Part shown: positions 28,062 through 40,019 of the stretch, piece after piece
Layout of the letters: each line of letters starts with the position of its first letter
How positions within the stretch are numbered: position 1 is the stretch's first letter
NCBI GenBank assembly: GCA_963675525.2
Contig: CAXXSL010000013.1
Coordinates: 1 to 64,000, forward strand
Reading direction: 5' to 3'
DNA length: 64,000 nt
DNA from: Anaerohalosphaeraceae bacterium
Lineage (GTDB): Bacteria > Planctomycetota > Phycisphaerae > Sedimentisphaerales > Anaerohalosphaeraceae
The notes under the pieces: generated by a model
Seen by the model: only the letters and a program-made list of their open reading frames with translations
Database searches by the model: none
Told to the model about the DNA's origin: nothing
Made by a program: the position numbers and the translations under genes

Positions 28062-28352
28062 ATGAAACTTATACCATTGGAAGACCGCGTTGTTGTTAAA
28101 CCGCAGGAAGCAGAATCGAAAACCGCAGGCGGCATCGTTCTGCCGGACAGCGCTAAGGAAAAACCGCTTATGGGCAAAGTGATTTCGGTCGGCCCGGGCA
28201 AAATGCTGGACAGCGGCAATCGCGGCGCGATGAGCGTGAAGAAAAACGACGTCGTTCTGTATGGCAAGTACGGCGGCAGCGATGTCGAAGTGGATGGTGT
28301 CGAGTACAAGATCCTTCGCGAAAGCGAGATCCTGGGCGTCGTCGAAAAGTAG
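28062..28352 (+). CDS. groES: Co-chaperonin GroES
   Basis: PLEDRVVV, TAGGIVLPD and KYGG. Confidence 0.98.
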   Translation: MKLIPLEDRVVVKPQEAESKTAGGIVLPDSAKEKPLMGKVISVGPGKMLDSGNRGAMSVKKNDVVLYGKYGGSDVEVDGVEYKILRESEILGVVEK

Positions 28353-28466
28353 GCCCTTAAGGGCCATAAATGCCGCGAGCAAGGCCCTTAACGGTCGAAT
28401 CTAGAGAAGCTTGCGCAAAAACAGAATAATGACTACAATTAACTGATAGTCCGGAGGTAATACACA

Positions 28467-30083
28467 ATGGCAAAACAAATGATGTTTCAGGAAACAGCAC
28501 GAGCCCATCTGAAAGACGGTTTGGGTCAACTGGCCGCGGCGGTCAAGGTCACCATGGGACCGACCGGCAAGAACGTGCTGCTGCATAAAAGCTACGGCTC
28601 GCCGAAAGTCACCAAGGACGGCGTGTCGGTCAGCAAAGAAATCGAACTGCCCGAACCGTTCAAGAATATCGGCGCCAAGATGGTCAACCAGGTTGCCAGC
28701 AAGACCAGTGATGTTGTCGGCGACGGCACCACCACCGCAACGGTTCTGGCCGAGGCCATCTACAATGAAGGACTCAAGTTCATCACCGCAGGCGTCAATC
28801 CCGTGGCGATCCAGCGCGGCATTACGAAAGCCGCCGAAGTGGTAACCGATTTTATCGCCGCTTCCGCCAAGCCCGTCAAGGGACATGACGACATCGCCAA
28901 GGTGGGCGCCATCAGTGCCAACAACAACCCCGCTGTCGGTGAGATCCTCGCCGACGCGATGGACAAAGTCGGCAAGGAAGGCGTGATCGAAGTGGAAGAA
29001 GGCAAGGGCATGGAAACTGAGCTGCAAGTCGTCGAAGGCATGCAGTTTGACAAAGGCTACCTGTCGCCCTACTTTATGACCGATGTCAACAGCCTGGAAG
29101 CAGTATTGGAAGACGCTTACATCCTGCTGCACGAAAAGAAAATCTCCAACCTGCGTGAATTTTTGCCGCTGTTGGAAAAAATTGCTCAGACGGGTTCGCA
29201 ACTGCTCATCATCGCCGAAGACGTTGAAGGCGAAGCACTGGCGGCACTGGTCATCAACCGCCTGCAGGGTGTGCTTAAGGTGTGTGCGATTAAGGCACCC
29301 GGTTTCGGCGACCGGCGCAAGGCCATGATGCAGGACCTGGCAACGCTGACCGGCGGCCAGGTCATCACCGAAGACCTCGGCATCAAGCTGGAAAGCGTGG
29401 AGTTGACACAACTCGGCCGCGCCAAGAAAATCATCGTGGGCAAGGAAAACACAACAGTGATTGAAGGCGCCGGCAAGAAAAAAGACATTACGGCCCGCTG
29501 CGAGCAGATTCGCAATCAAATTGAAAAGACCACCAGCGACTATGACCGCGAAAAACTGCAGGAACGTCTGGCTAAGATGACCGGCGGTGTGGCCATCATT
29601 AAAGCCGGAGCGGCCACTGAAACCGAGATGAAGGAACGTAAGGACCTGCTGGACGACGCACTGCATGCGACCAAGGCCGCGGTAGAAGAAGGCGTCATTG
29701 CCGGCGGCGGAACAATCTTTCTCCGTTCGATCCCGGAAGTTGTTAAGGCAAAAGCAAAAGCCAAAGGCGACGAAAAGATCGGCTTTGACATCATGGTCAA
29801 CGCCCTGAAAGCACCGACCCGTCAGATCGTCGAAAACGGCGGCGGCGAAGGTGACGTCATCGTGGCCGAACTGCTGGAAATGACCGGCAACAAAGGCTAC
29901 AACGCCAGCACCTGTGAGTATGTTGACATGCTGAAAGCCGGCATCATTGACCCGGCTAAAGTCGCACGGACGGCCCTGCAGAATGCCGCATCGGTCGCCG
30001 GTTTGATGCTGACAACGAACGTGGTAATCACTGATCTGAAAGATGACAAAGAAGAAAACGCCGAACTGGGCGCGGTCATCTAA
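28467..30083 (+). CDS. groEL: Chaperonin GroEL (copy 2, no GGM tail)
   Basis: [20 protein letters not shown] and [11 protein letters not shown]. Confidence 0.97.
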   Translation: MAKQMMFQETARAHLKDGLGQLAAAVKVTMGPTGKNVLLHKSYGSPKVTKDGVSVSKEIELPEPFKNIGAKMVNQVASKTSDVVGDGTTTATVLAEAIYNEGLKFITAGVNPVAIQRGITKAAEVVTDFIAASAKPVKGHDDIAKVGAISANNNPAVGEILADAMDKVGKEGVIEVEEGKGMETELQVVEGMQFDKGYLSPYFMTDVNSLEAVLEDAYILLHEKKISNLREFLPLLEKIAQTGSQLLIIAEDVEGEALAALVINRLQGVLKVCAIKAPGFGDRRKAMMQDLATLTGGQVITEDLGIKLESVELTQLGRAKKIIVGKENTTVIEGAGKKKDITARCEQIRNQIEKTTSDYDREKLQERLAKMTGGVAIIKAGAATETEMKERKDLLDDALHATKAAVEEGVIAGGGTIFLRSIPEVVKAKAKAKGDEKIGFDIMVNALKAPTRQIVENGGGEGDVIVAELLEMTGNKGYNASTCEYVDMLKAGIIDPAKVARTALQNAASVAGLMLTTNVVITDLKDDKEENAELGAVI

Positions 30084-30096
30084 ATAAATTGAATTG

Positions 30097-30139
30097 GTGC
30101 CGGGTCCCGCATGTCAGCATGCAGGACCCGGCACATTTT
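30097..30139 (+). terminator. Hairpin between groEL2 and dnaJ
   Basis: GTGCCGGGTCC...GGACCCGGCAC followed by ATTTT. Confidence 0.6.
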
Positions 30140-30190
30140 ATAAACAACAAATAAGGATCGACATTTAACACCGCCGCTCTGTGGCAATAA

Positions 30191-31336
<1,146 letters not shown>

Positions 31337-31345
31337 AAATTAACA

Positions 31346-31550
31346 AAGCCCGTAGGGCTTAGATAACAATAGCCGCGGGTGGAGCGAAGCGGAACCCGTG
31401 GTTGGATATACAGCAGTTTGACCGACCCTGAAAGGGTCGAATAACCGGTTCAACCCCTACAGGGTTGTAACTATTTTACGTATGGTCACCACGGGTTCGG
31501 AGCCTGCGGCCTGCACCCGCGGCTACTATTATTATGACCCCTTTGGGGTC
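31346..31550. repeat. Nested palindromic REP/REPIN-like miniature element
   Basis: TAGCCGCGGGTG/CACCCGCGGCTA (12 bp perfect), GAACCCGTGGT/ACCACGGGTTC (11 bp perfect) and four short hairpins (GCCCGTAGGGC, ACCCTGAAAGGGT, AACCCCTACAGGGTT, GACCCCTTTGGGGTC). Confidence 0.8.
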
Positions 31551-31567
31551 TTGTCTGGATTGAGATC

Positions 31568-32167
31568 ATGAGTGAAAAAGATTTAAAAAAAGCCAATAAG
31601 AAGATTGTCGAATTGGAAAAGAAACTCGGCGAGCTTGAAAAACAGCTCGAAACACTGGGCACTGAAAAGCAGGATACGTTTGAACAGCTCCAGCGGATCA
31701 GCGCCGATTATGCCAATTTTCAGAAGCGAGCACCCAAACAGATCGCCGATTCAGTCGCGTATGAGAAAAAGGCCATCCTGCGGTCCTTATTGCCGTCGGT
31801 GGATAACTTTGAGCACGCCCTTTCGCATGCTTCCACGGCGAGTGGCGAAGAGGCGATGGATAATATCATCAAGGGCATTCAACTGGTCTTTGACCACATG
31901 CTGGATGCGCTGAAGTCTCATGGTGTCAAACGTATTGACGCGATGGGCCAGCCATTCGATCCGAATCTGCATGAAGCGATGATGCAGCGGTCTGAGCCGA
32001 ACAAGGATGACAACACTGTCCTGGAGGTCTATCAGGCCGGCTATATGATGGGTGAGCAGGTGCTGCGGCCGAGCAAGGTCATCGTTAATAAGATCGCAGA
32101 CGAAAAACCGGTCGAAGAAATGCCTGCAGACGATGCCGAAACAACCGACACCGAGCCGGAGGTCTAA
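31568..32167 (+). CDS. grpE: Nucleotide exchange factor GrpE
   Basis: ADYANFQKR, LLPSVDNFE, FDPNLHEA and GY..GEQVLRPSKVIV. Confidence 0.96.
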   Translation: MSEKDLKKANKKIVELEKKLGELEKQLETLGTEKQDTFEQLQRISADYANFQKRAPKQIADSVAYEKKAILRSLLPSVDNFEHALSHASTASGEEAMDNIIKGIQLVFDHMLDALKSHGVKRIDAMGQPFDPNLHEAMMQRSEPNKDDNTVLEVYQAGYMMGEQVLRPSKVIVNKIADEKPVEEMPADDAETTDTEPEV

Positions 32168-32168
32168 G

Positions 32169-32498
32169 ATGCCCACGTATGACTATAAGTGCGACAACTG
32201 TGACCATACGATGGAGGCATTCCAGTCGATCACAGCCAAGCCGCTGAAAAAATGCCCCGAATGCGGCAAGCTGAAACTCAAACGCCTGCTGGGAACCGGC
32301 GCGGGGCTGATCTTTAAAGGCAGCGGCTTCTACGAAACCGACTACCGCAGCGACAGTTATAAAAAGGCGGCTGAAAGCGATAAACCAAAAGCCGACAGCC
32401 AAAAAACAGACGGCAAGAAAGAGTCAAAAGCAGGAGTCAAAAAGGCGAACACAAAACTAGCAGCCAAAACATCCACAAAGAAAGAGAAAAAAGATTGA
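32169..32498 (+). CDS. FmdB-family zinc-ribbon protein
   Basis: MPTYDYKCDNC...CPECG...FKGSGFYETDY with a Lys-rich tail. Confidence 0.9.
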   Translation: MPTYDYKCDNCDHTMEAFQSITAKPLKKCPECGKLKLKRLLGTGAGLIFKGSGFYETDYRSDSYKKAAESDKPKADSQKTDGKKESKAGVKKANTKLAAKTSTKKEKKD

Positions 32499-32524
32499 TT
32501 TTGGGGGAGTAAGGATAATTGCTC

Positions 32525-33040
32525 CTACTGTTCCTCTTTGCGTGACAGATAAATGTACATAAGAAAAACTACCGTACTCAATAAAACTAATTGTATGAAG
32601 AAGCCATGGATTGTTTGCACTGGCATATATTGTAGAAGAAATTTGTAATAGTCCAGAGAAAATGTGTGACTACGGTATCGCACAAAATGAAAAAATTTGA
32701 TGCATATCATCAATATGGACAAGAAGAATGTGAGAAAGTAACCGACCTTCCTACGCTGAATAAGTAAACAGCCTGATACAATTCCCATGACAATGAATAT
32801 TGAGGATTCGATCCAGTTGATACGTATCTCAGTCAATATTGATGTTTCTAGTTCATCTGCGGTTTTATCTTTAATTGAACTTTGCTGCTTTATCCAATCA
32901 GGGGATTGTGTAGCCTCCATTGCGAGGTCTTGTATACTTTCATTTTGTTGAAAAGGGGGAGGAAATAGATATGGTATCTGAGAAAGCCATGTTAGAGCAT
33001 ATATGACACCAACAAATTTTATTATGGAATTTCTATTCAT
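32525..33040 (-). CDS. Hypothetical membrane protein (AT-rich orphan)
   Basis: Open frame with about four hydrophobic segments; probable start MNRNS at 33040. Confidence 0.6.
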   Translation of the reverse strand: MNRNSIIKFVGVIYALTWLSQIPYLFPPPFQQNESIQDLAMEATQSPDWIKQQSSIKDKTADELETSILTEIRINWIESSIFIVMGIVSGCLLIQRRKVGYFLTFFLSILMICIKFFHFVRYRSHTFSLDYYKFLLQYMPVQTIHGFFIQLVLLSTVVFLMYIYLSRKEEQ

Positions 33041-33154
33041 CAATTTCCACCGGTTCCGCTCGAAACAAATCGCAGAATACCAGATTGGGGTGAAAATACG
33101 AGAAAAATTATTATTTTGTAAGGTGCAACTAATACACACGGATTTCAATTGCTC

Positions 33155-33694
33155 TTATTTTATCAACTTTGCCAGCTCGCGGAATTTTTCGTGTTTGCTG
33201 GTTCGGAGCAATTCGAACAGGCACATTTCCGTTGAGCTCAATGTCACGCCGGCTTTGCCCATGCGATGCAGGGCGATTTGTTTGTTTTCGTTGGTTCGCG
33301 AGGACACGGCATCGGCGATGACGTGAACATCCATCCCCTTGTCCATCAGATCCATGGCCGTTTGAAAAACGCAAACATGTGCCTCAATACCGCAAAGAAT
33401 GGCGGTCTTTGGCTTGATGCGTTCCAGTTCGGCCGCGATCGCTTCATCGCCGCAGCAACTGAAGGAACATTTATCGAACGATGCTTGTTCATTGAGCAAC
33501 GACCATAAAGGTTGGATGGTCGGGCCCAGCACATCGGGGACCTGCTGGCACCAGAGAATGGGCATATTCAACGCTTGGGCGAGTTTGACCAGAACGACGC
33601 AGTTAGATTCGACCTGCTCGGCATTAAACATCAGCTTGTGCAGTTTTTCCTGAATATCAATGATGACCAGACAGGTGTTTTCGGGGGCGAGCAT
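33155..33694 (-). CDS. Isochorismatase-family hydrolase
   Basis: LVIIDIQEKL, K.SFSC, CGIEAHVCVFQT and ADAVSSR. Confidence 0.9.
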   Translation of the reverse strand: MLAPENTCLVIIDIQEKLHKLMFNAEQVESNCVVLVKLAQALNMPILWCQQVPDVLGPTIQPLWSLLNEQASFDKCSFSCCGDEAIAAELERIKPKTAILCGIEAHVCVFQTAMDLMDKGMDVHVIADAVSSRTNENKQIALHRMGKAGVTLSSTEMCLFELLRTSKHEKFRELAKLIK

Positions 33695-33712
33695 CCGTGT
33701 CTCCTGTTTTCT

Positions 33713-34696
33713 CTATTCTTCCGTGATCCGCTCGACCTGGATCGTCAATTGAACAGTTCGGTCCTGCACGTCATAATTGCCTGCCAGTGTCGGGATCGAC
33801 GGGGCCGGATAACCGGTTTCATCCAGTTCGGGATCGCCTTCGTTTTTGGCGAATACCGAATCGCCCTTCTGATTGGCTTCCGCGTAACGGGTTGCCAGCC
33901 GCCTGTACAACTGGGGACTATCCTCGAACAGCAGCGCTGCGATCTGTTTGGCCTGCGGATCGACAATCTCGGTCATCGCGCCATCCTCGGGGCCGGGGAC
34001 CTGAAGGGCCACCCCCCGGCATTGAGAACGAACCGCCGCCAGAGAATCCATCAGGCCGGCCACTTTTTTAGGCGGAGCCGTAATATAAAAACGGGTCACA
34101 TTCACCGTTCGTTCCGGGAATGCCTGAGCCATCAAGCCCTGCTTATCGATCGCCTGTTTCACTGTTGTGTTGACACTGCTGTACTCGTCCGTCTTTAAAA
34201 CCAATACGCCGTTGAACGGCAACTCGTCGACAAGGCCAACGGAGGCCGTATCGGTGCCGGCCGAGGGATCGCCCTGGGCTGCAAAACCGCCGATGGGTTC
34301 ATAGTCAACAAGACCGCCGGATGGACGCTTGACGATCTGGAAAACCACCAATGCCAAAAGCCCCAAAGGCAGCAGCACCATCGCCGCCGATGCCATCAGA
34401 CGACGCGCGAAAAGATGTGTGGTTGCCGCCGATATTTTCGTATTGTCCGCAAAGTTATTGAGGATCATCTTTCGTTCCATCTCGGAACGAATCTCGTCGA
34501 GCAGTCCCGCCGGAGCCGTCTCGACCGGTAAGGCATTTAATACCGCGGTTTGACGCTTCAATGCCTTGAAACGATCCAGCAACGCCGCATCATGGACCAT
34601 CAGCCGCTTCAGTTCGGTTTTTTGCCGTTGGGTCGCCTGACCGTCCAAATAAAGACTGATCAATTCGTCCGCATCAATTTTATGTTCTTCGTTCAT
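33713..34696 (-). CDS. Putative anti-sigma factor (single TM)
   Basis: DELISLYLDG N-terminus, central TM helix, 4-bp overlap with the ECF sigma gene. Confidence 0.7.
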   Translation of the reverse strand: MNEEHKIDADELISLYLDGQATQRQKTELKRLMVHDAALLDRFKALKRQTAVLNALPVETAPAGLLDEIRSEMERKMILNNFADNTKISAATTHLFARRLMASAAMVLLPLGLLALVVFQIVKRPSGGLVDYEPIGGFAAQGDPSAGTDTASVGLVDELPFNGVLVLKTDEYSSVNTTVKQAIDKQGLMAQAFPERTVNVTRFYITAPPKKVAGLMDSLAAVRSQCRGVALQVPGPEDGAMTEIVDPQAKQIAALLFEDSPQLYRRLATRYAEANQKGDSVFAKNEGDPELDETGYPAPSIPTLAGNYDVQDRTVQLTIQVERITEE

Positions 34697-35307
34697 GTCA
34701 GCACCGTTTCCAATAAATCCCGCAAAGCCATTCGGGCCCGGCTGAGCCGGCTCTTGACTGTCCCAAGCTCAATATCCAGCACCTGAGCGATTTCCTCATA
34801 ACTCATCTGCTCAATGTCCCGCAGAACCAGAATTGTTCGGTATTCTTCCTGAAGCTGCCCGATCGAGTCGATGACACGCTGCAGGAGTTCTTTCTGCTGG
34901 ACGATTCTGGCCGGATCATTCTTTTCCGAATCCGCCAGGATCGAGCCCAACCGCTCTCTTTGCTTTTCAAGGTTTTCATTTGTCGCATCGAGCGACACCG
35001 GCGAGAGTTTAAAACGTCTACGGCAATGATTCAGCGTCAGGTTGACCGCTACACGAAACAGCCATGTATAAAAGCTGCTTTTGCCGCGAAACGTATGAAT
35101 GCTCTCTAATACTTTGACAAACGTATCCTGTGTAAGTTCCGCAGCATCATCCCGATTTGTACAAATTTTAAGAATTGTGTTATATATCCTATCCTGATAC
35201 TTTACAATTAAACAAGACATGGCCTCCGGGTCGCCGTGCTGACACTGGCGAACCAAGGTTTCGTCATCTAAGCTTATATTATCCTTATGTTTATGGAAAA
35301 TTTCCAA
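34693..35307 (-). CDS. ECF sigma factor (RpoE/SigW-like)
   Basis: DAAELTQDTF, SSFYTWLFRVAVN and SYEEIA...GTVKSRLSRAR. Confidence 0.92.
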   Translation of the reverse strand: MEIFHKHKDNISLDDETLVRQCQHGDPEAMSCLIVKYQDRIYNTILKICTNRDDAAELTQDTFVKVLESIHTFRGKSSFYTWLFRVAVNLTLNHCRRRFKLSPVSLDATNENLEKQRERLGSILADSEKNDPARIVQQKELLQRVIDSIGQLQEEYRTILVLRDIEQMSYEEIAQVLDIELGTVKSRLSRARMALRDLLETVLT

Positions 35308-35415
35308 CTATCAATCCCCATGTTACAGTGAAGAAAATTCATCTTTGACAATTATTATCGTCTTTAATTATACACATTTAGGGCGGTCCGAAACAAGTAC
35401 CGATTTTTTTGTTTT

Positions 35416-35949
35416 TTACGGTCTGAACCGAATTTTTGAAAGGCCATTAAATCGACTGTCCCCCACCATGCATGTCACTTCCAACAGATAGTTCATCTCG
35501 GCCGTCGGCAAAAAGCCCAGCGGCAAGTAAAACTCATACGACCGAAGGTAATCTTTCCAGTACCGGCTGTTTTCGGCGGCCCCGGTCAGGTCCATGTCCG
35601 GCCAGATAATCAGCCGCTTGCCTCGCGGGTCCGATGACAACGGCTTGTACTCATACAACTCAAAGCGAAAAATACCGGGTTTTTTCAGTTGGGAATCATA
35701 CGCATCCAGCAGTTCCACAAATGTCTTGATCTCGCTTTTTTCAGGGTCTTCCTGTGAAACGACAAAGTCGGTCAACGCTGAAATGCGGACGCGCTGAATG
35801 GTAAACCCCTGCTGAGCCAATGTACCAGATGGTTGAGCGACGGGACCTTCGCAACCGCAGACAAAAAATGCCAGCCATGCAATCAATAGCCCCATGCAAT
35901 TGAACATCCTTATCAACATGAATAATTGATGCCGCTTACAGATCTTCAT
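35416..35949 (-). CDS. Hypothetical lipoprotein
   Basis: Hydrophobic stretch ending in VCGC; overlaps the ribBA stop. Confidence 0.6.
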   Translation of the reverse strand: MKICKRHQLFMLIRMFNCMGLLIAWLAFFVCGCEGPVAQPSGTLAQQGFTIQRVRISALTDFVVSQEDPEKSEIKTFVELLDAYDSQLKKPGIFRFELYEYKPLSSDPRGKRLIIWPDMDLTGAAENSRYWKDYLRSYEFYLPLGFLPTAEMNYLLEVTCMVGDSRFNGLSKIRFRP

Positions 35950-37174
35950 CCAAGAGATGCCCGAATCGAATTTTTTTGGTTTGCAGATACTTGCGATTAT
36001 GCTCTGACGGTACGGCTTTGAGCGGAATTTGTTCGATAACTTTAATGCCGTACACTTCCAGACGCGATACCTTTTTCGGATTATTGGTCAGAATCCGCAC
36101 ATTCGTCAATCCCAGGTCCCGGCAGATTTGTGCCCCGATGCCGTAGTCGCGCTTGTCGGCCATGAATCCCAGTTGCAGATTCGCATCCACCGTATCGAGC
36201 CCCTGCTCCTGAAGTTTATAGGCATGGAGTTTATTGGCCAGCCCGATCCCGCGGCCTTCCTGCCGCAAATAGATCAAGGCCCCCTTGCCGGCCTCTTCGA
36301 TCATTTGCATGGCGGTAATCATCTGGTAGCCGCATTCACACCGCTGCGAATGGAACAAATCGCCGGTCATGCATTCGGAGTGCACGCGAATCAAAACCGG
36401 CTCGTCGTGCTGAATCGGCCTGCCATCGGCGTCCAGTTCACCGACGCCGCCCTTGCACAACGCCAGATGCGGTTCGGTGGTGCCGGGGCTTTCATAGCCG
36501 ATCATCTTAAACTCGCCGTAATCGGTCGGCAGTTTGATGTGCTGAACGCGATGGACGTGCTGCTCCCGCTGAAAACGGTATTCCACCAGCTTGGCAATGG
36601 ACGTCATTTTCAAATCGAACTTTTCGCAGTACTTTTCCAACTCCGGCACGCGGGCCATTGTTCCGTCGTCATTCATGATCTCGCAGATGACACCCGCCGG
36701 CTGTAAGTTGGCCAGTCTCATCAAATCCACAGCGCCTTCGGTTTGCCCGACGCGTACCAGCACGCCGCCATCCCGCTCGCGCAATGGAAAAACATGCCCC
36801 GGACGGGCCAGGTCAAATGGTGTGGATTCCGGATCGGCGGCAACACGAATGGTATGGGCGCGATCGGCGGCGCTGATACCGGTGGTGATGCCTTCCCGTG
36901 CATCGACGGTGACAGTAAATGCCGTTCCCAGTCGGGCGGTATTGTCGGGGCTTTGGGGGTGCAGATTCAGCCTGTCGCACTGATCGCCGCCCAACGGCAC
37001 GCAAATCATGCCGCGGCCGTGTGTCGCCATGAAATTAATGATTTCCGGCGTGACCAACTCGGCCGCACAGACAAGGTCGCCTTCGTTCTCGCGGTCTTCA
37101 TCATCCACCAGAACAATCATTTTGCCCTGTTTTAAATCGTCCAGTATGTCGGGGATCTCGCTTATCATACTCAT
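35936..37174 (-). CDS. ribBA: Bifunctional DHBP synthase / GTP cyclohydrolase II
   Basis: [28 protein letters not shown]...[13 protein letters not shown] and LTNNP. Confidence 0.97.
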   Translation of the reverse strand: MSMISEIPDILDDLKQGKMIVLVDDEDRENEGDLVCAAELVTPEIINFMATHGRGMICVPLGGDQCDRLNLHPQSPDNTARLGTAFTVTVDAREGITTGISAADRAHTIRVAADPESTPFDLARPGHVFPLRERDGGVLVRVGQTEGAVDLMRLANLQPAGVICEIMNDDGTMARVPELEKYCEKFDLKMTSIAKLVEYRFQREQHVHRVQHIKLPTDYGEFKMIGYESPGTTEPHLALCKGGVGELDADGRPIQHDEPVLIRVHSECMTGDLFHSQRCECGYQMITAMQMIEEAGKGALIYLRQEGRGIGLANKLHAYKLQEQGLDTVDANLQLGFMADKRDYGIGAQICRDLGLTNVRILTNNPKKVSRLEVYGIKVIEQIPLKAVPSEHNRKYLQTKKIRFGHLLDEDL

Positions 37175-37194
37175 GTATTTATCATTCCCAATTG

Positions 37195-37809
37195 TCAGGA
37201 TTGTTTCTCGGCCTCGCTTTCGAATCGCTCAATATACCGAATTCCCCGCCAAATGTAAACAAAAGTTGCCATTAAAGCCCAAAATCCGGTCGTCCACCAT
37301 ATCAGACGCACTAACAGCGGCCAAAATTTCAGTTGAACAGAAACATCCGGGCCAATCAGGATAGACAGAACCATGCAAATCTGAAAAAAGGTCGAGGCCT
37401 TGCCCGCCCAGACGGGCTTGATGTGGACGCTGCCGGTCAGAAAATAGGTCACCGCAAAGCCCAACAGCAGCAGCACATCTTTACCGATAATCAGCACGAC
37501 TACCGTCAGCGGCAGGCGAAACTCCGCTACCGCTGTTTGCGGCAGTGCCAGAATCACACTGGCACAGGTAATCATGAGCTTATCCGCCAACGGGTCCAAA
37601 AATGCGCCCAGCGGTGTGACCTGTTTTTTGACGCGGGCCAGGTAGCCATCGAGTGCGTCACTGGCGGCCATAATGACGAATATTCCCAGTGCGGCCCAGC
37701 GCATGAATGAACTGTACGCCGGATTGGCCGCCTTGAGCAGACACATTACAAACGGCAGAATCAACAGGATTCGTAAAATGGTCACCAAATTGGCTAAGGT
37801 TAAAAGCAT
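37195..37809 (-). CDS. CDP-alcohol phosphatidyltransferase (PgsA-like)
   Basis: ANLVTILR and DALDGYLAR......[10 protein letters not shown]. Confidence 0.9.
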   Translation of the reverse strand: MLLTLANLVTILRILLILPFVMCLLKAANPAYSSFMRWAALGIFVIMAASDALDGYLARVKKQVTPLGAFLDPLADKLMITCASVILALPQTAVAEFRLPLTVVVLIIGKDVLLLLGFAVTYFLTGSVHIKPVWAGKASTFFQICMVLSILIGPDVSVQLKFWPLLVRLIWWTTGFWALMATFVYIWRGIRYIERFESEAEKQS

Positions 37810-37813
37810 AGAA

Positions 37814-38260
37814 TCAAAAGTTTATGGTTATACTTTTAGGAACTTTTAAAACATACCAATCATGACACCAGATATAATATCTGTTCTTTTCTTCATCCGT
37901 CAAGTGACCGTCAGAAACATAAACGAACTGCCGTACTTTTCCCCGTGCTCTAACATACACATCCAACCGCCAAGTCTGACGTTCAGCAATTAAATGATAA
38001 TCGACTTTAAAATCCTTAATCCCATTGATACAAGATAAATCTACAGAAGGTGAATAATTTCCGGGAGGTTCCTGATTATCTTCAACATATTGTTTTATGG
38101 AATAAATCGTTTCTTCTAATTCTAAATTATGAGCAACCATATCTTCAAGCCCAAACCAGCAAAAACGGTCGTACATTTGATAAGCGATAAATGAACCTAT
38201 ACTCACAATAATAAGCAACATAACCAAAAGAATGTATTTGAATATCCGCCATTTTTTCAT
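37814..38260 (-). CDS. Hypothetical protein with N-terminal membrane anchor (AT-rich orphan)
   Basis: Start MKKWRIFKYILLVMLL at 38260; fills the gap between the SDR and pgsA-like genes. Confidence 0.6.
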   Translation of the reverse strand: MKKWRIFKYILLVMLLIIVSIGSFIAYQMYDRFCWFGLEDMVAHNLELEETIYSIKQYVEDNQEPPGNYSPSVDLSCINGIKDFKVDYHLIAERQTWRLDVYVRARGKVRQFVYVSDGHLTDEEKNRYYIWCHDWYVLKVPKSITINF

Positions 38261-38282
38261 TAACGCAATTCTCCACAGAAAA

Positions 38283-39035
38283 CTATATACTTCTTCCGCC
38301 ATCAACACAAATGACTTGCCCGGTGATGTAGGGGTTATCGAGCAGGAATTCGATGGTTCGGGTGATGTCTTTCGGGTCACCGAATCTGCCGGCGGGAATT
38401 AGTTTGAGTTGTTTCTGTTCTTCGGAGGGGTCCATTTTGCCGGGCCATGTGACGATGCCGGGGGCAATGGCGTTGACGGTCACGCCGGGGGCCAATTCTT
38501 TAGCCAGTGATTTGGTCGCGGCAATCAATCCTCCACGCGATGCGCAATAGGGACTGTATCCGCCCCACGGTTTGACTCCCGCCACATCGACCATGTTGAT
38601 GATCGCCGCGAAGGGTTCTTCGACATTTTCCCAATCGGCCCCCTGCTGCTTAAGATACGCCGCAAACGCATTACATAATAATAGCGGCGCTGTCAGATTG
38701 ACCGCTATTAGTTTCAAGACATCGGCCTGTGATAAAGTTCCCAGCGGCTGGCGTGCAAAAATTGAGGCTGAATTGATGAGTACCCGCACGGGGCTAAGAT
38801 TTTTGGCTTTTTCAAAAATAATGTCGGCCGCATCGGGATCGGCCAAGTCGGCGCTGACCGCAACGGCCCGCCTGCCTGTTTTTTTGATGGCGGCAACCAC
38901 ATTATTGACTTCGTCCCGGCCGGAAAGATAATGGCACACACAGTCGGCGCCTCTTTCGGCAAGGGCCAAGGCGATCCGGGCACCCAACTGTCCGCCAGCG
39001 CCGGTGATAATGGCTGTTTTATTCGTTAGCTCCAT
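38283..39035 (-). CDS. Short-chain dehydrogenase/reductase (pteridine reductase-like)
   Basis: TGAGGQLG, LINSAS, IINMVD, YxxSR, VNAIAPG and ITGQVICVDGG. Start MELTNK. Confidence 0.85.
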   Translation of the reverse strand: MELTNKTAIITGAGGQLGARIALALAERGADCVCHYLSGRDEVNNVVAAIKKTGRRAVAVSADLADPDAADIIFEKAKNLSPVRVLINSASIFARQPLGTLSQADVLKLIAVNLTAPLLLCNAFAAYLKQQGADWENVEEPFAAIINMVDVAGVKPWGGYSPYCASRGGLIAATKSLAKELAPGVTVNAIAPGIVTWPGKMDPSEEQKQLKLIPAGRFGDPKDITRTIEFLLDNPYITGQVICVDGGRSI

Positions 39036-39095
39036 ACATACAAGATACTCTATCACACTAAATATGGCAAGATAGAAACAAAACGGTATCAGGGT

Positions 39096-39226
39096 AAATC
39101 CTAAATCCGAAGCACAAAATTCGAAACAAATCAAAATACTAAAATCCAAATGTCTGAAATAGAACAGTTTTGGACATTTGATAATTTGTGCTTCGAATTT
39201 GTTTCGGGTTTCGGATTTAGAATTTT
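39096..39226. repeat. Heptamer-built inverted-repeat element
   Basis: Left AAATCCTAAATCCGAAGC... and reverse-complemented right AAATTCTAAATCCGAAAC, made of AAATCC(G/T)-like 7-mers. Confidence 0.75.
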
Positions 39227-39290
39227 AAGACTTGCAGGGCTTGATTATAGCGTTATAATGCGGTTTTAATGAAACCTTTAAGGATTGATA

Positions 39291-40010
39291 ATGGCTTTGC
39301 TGAATGTGAATATTGACCATGTCGCGACGATTCGTCAGGCGCGGAAGACCGATGAGCCGGACCCGGTATGGGCGGCGGTGCAGTGCGAACTGGCGGGCGC
39401 CAACGGGATTACGGTGCATCTGCGTCAGGACCGGCGGCATATCAATGACCGGGACGTGATGGTGCTCAAAGAAACCGTGGCCAGCAAGTTCAACCTAGAA
39501 ATGTGCCTGTCCGAATCCATCGTTAAGATTGCCGAAAAGGTCAGGCCCGACCAGGTCACGCTGGTTCCGGAAAACCGGGCGGAGTTGACCACCGAAGGCG
39601 GACTGGACTGTGCGAAATTAAAAAAGCGGCTGGCGGCCATTACCAAACGGATGCACAAAAAAGGCATTCTGGTCAGTACGTTTATTCTGCCGGACGAAAA
39701 ACAGATTCTGGCAACGGCGGAAGCCGGCTGCGACGCGGTGGAACTGCACACGGGTCAATACGCCAATGCCGTCAAAGACAGTCTCATTGAAAAGCGGCTC
39801 AACGAACTGCGGGACGCGCGGGATATTGCCACCGCCGCCGGACTGGTCGTTCACGCCGGACACGGGCTGACCTATCGCAACATTCGCCCTGTCGCCCGGA
39901 TCGAGGGACTGTGCGAATTCAATATCGGCCACAGTATTATCAGCCGGGCAGTGCTGGTCGGGATCAAAAAAGCGACGATAGAAATGTATCGGCTCATACA
40001 AAATCCATAG
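39291..40010 (+). CDS. pdxJ: Pyridoxine 5'-phosphate synthase
   Basis: VNIDHVATIRQAR, ITVHLRQDRRHI, TTEGGLD, ELHTG, HAGHGL and NIGHSII. Upstream TTGCAG-N16-TATAAT. Confidence 0.97.
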   Translation: MALLNVNIDHVATIRQARKTDEPDPVWAAVQCELAGANGITVHLRQDRRHINDRDVMVLKETVASKFNLEMCLSESIVKIAEKVRPDQVTLVPENRAELTTEGGLDCAKLKKRLAAITKRMHKKGILVSTFILPDEKQILATAEAGCDAVELHTGQYANAVKDSLIEKRLNELRDARDIATAAGLVVHAGHGLTYRNIRPVARIEGLCEFNIGHSIISRAVLVGIKKATIEMYRLIQNP

Positions 40011-40019
40011 GAGATTAAA

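Noticed and set aside
26201..29800. Long antisense ORFs opposite groEL, groES and groEL2 (e.g. 26310-27503, 28401-29666)
   Set aside because: Shadow frames produced by the strong codon bias of highly expressed genes; no motifs of their own.
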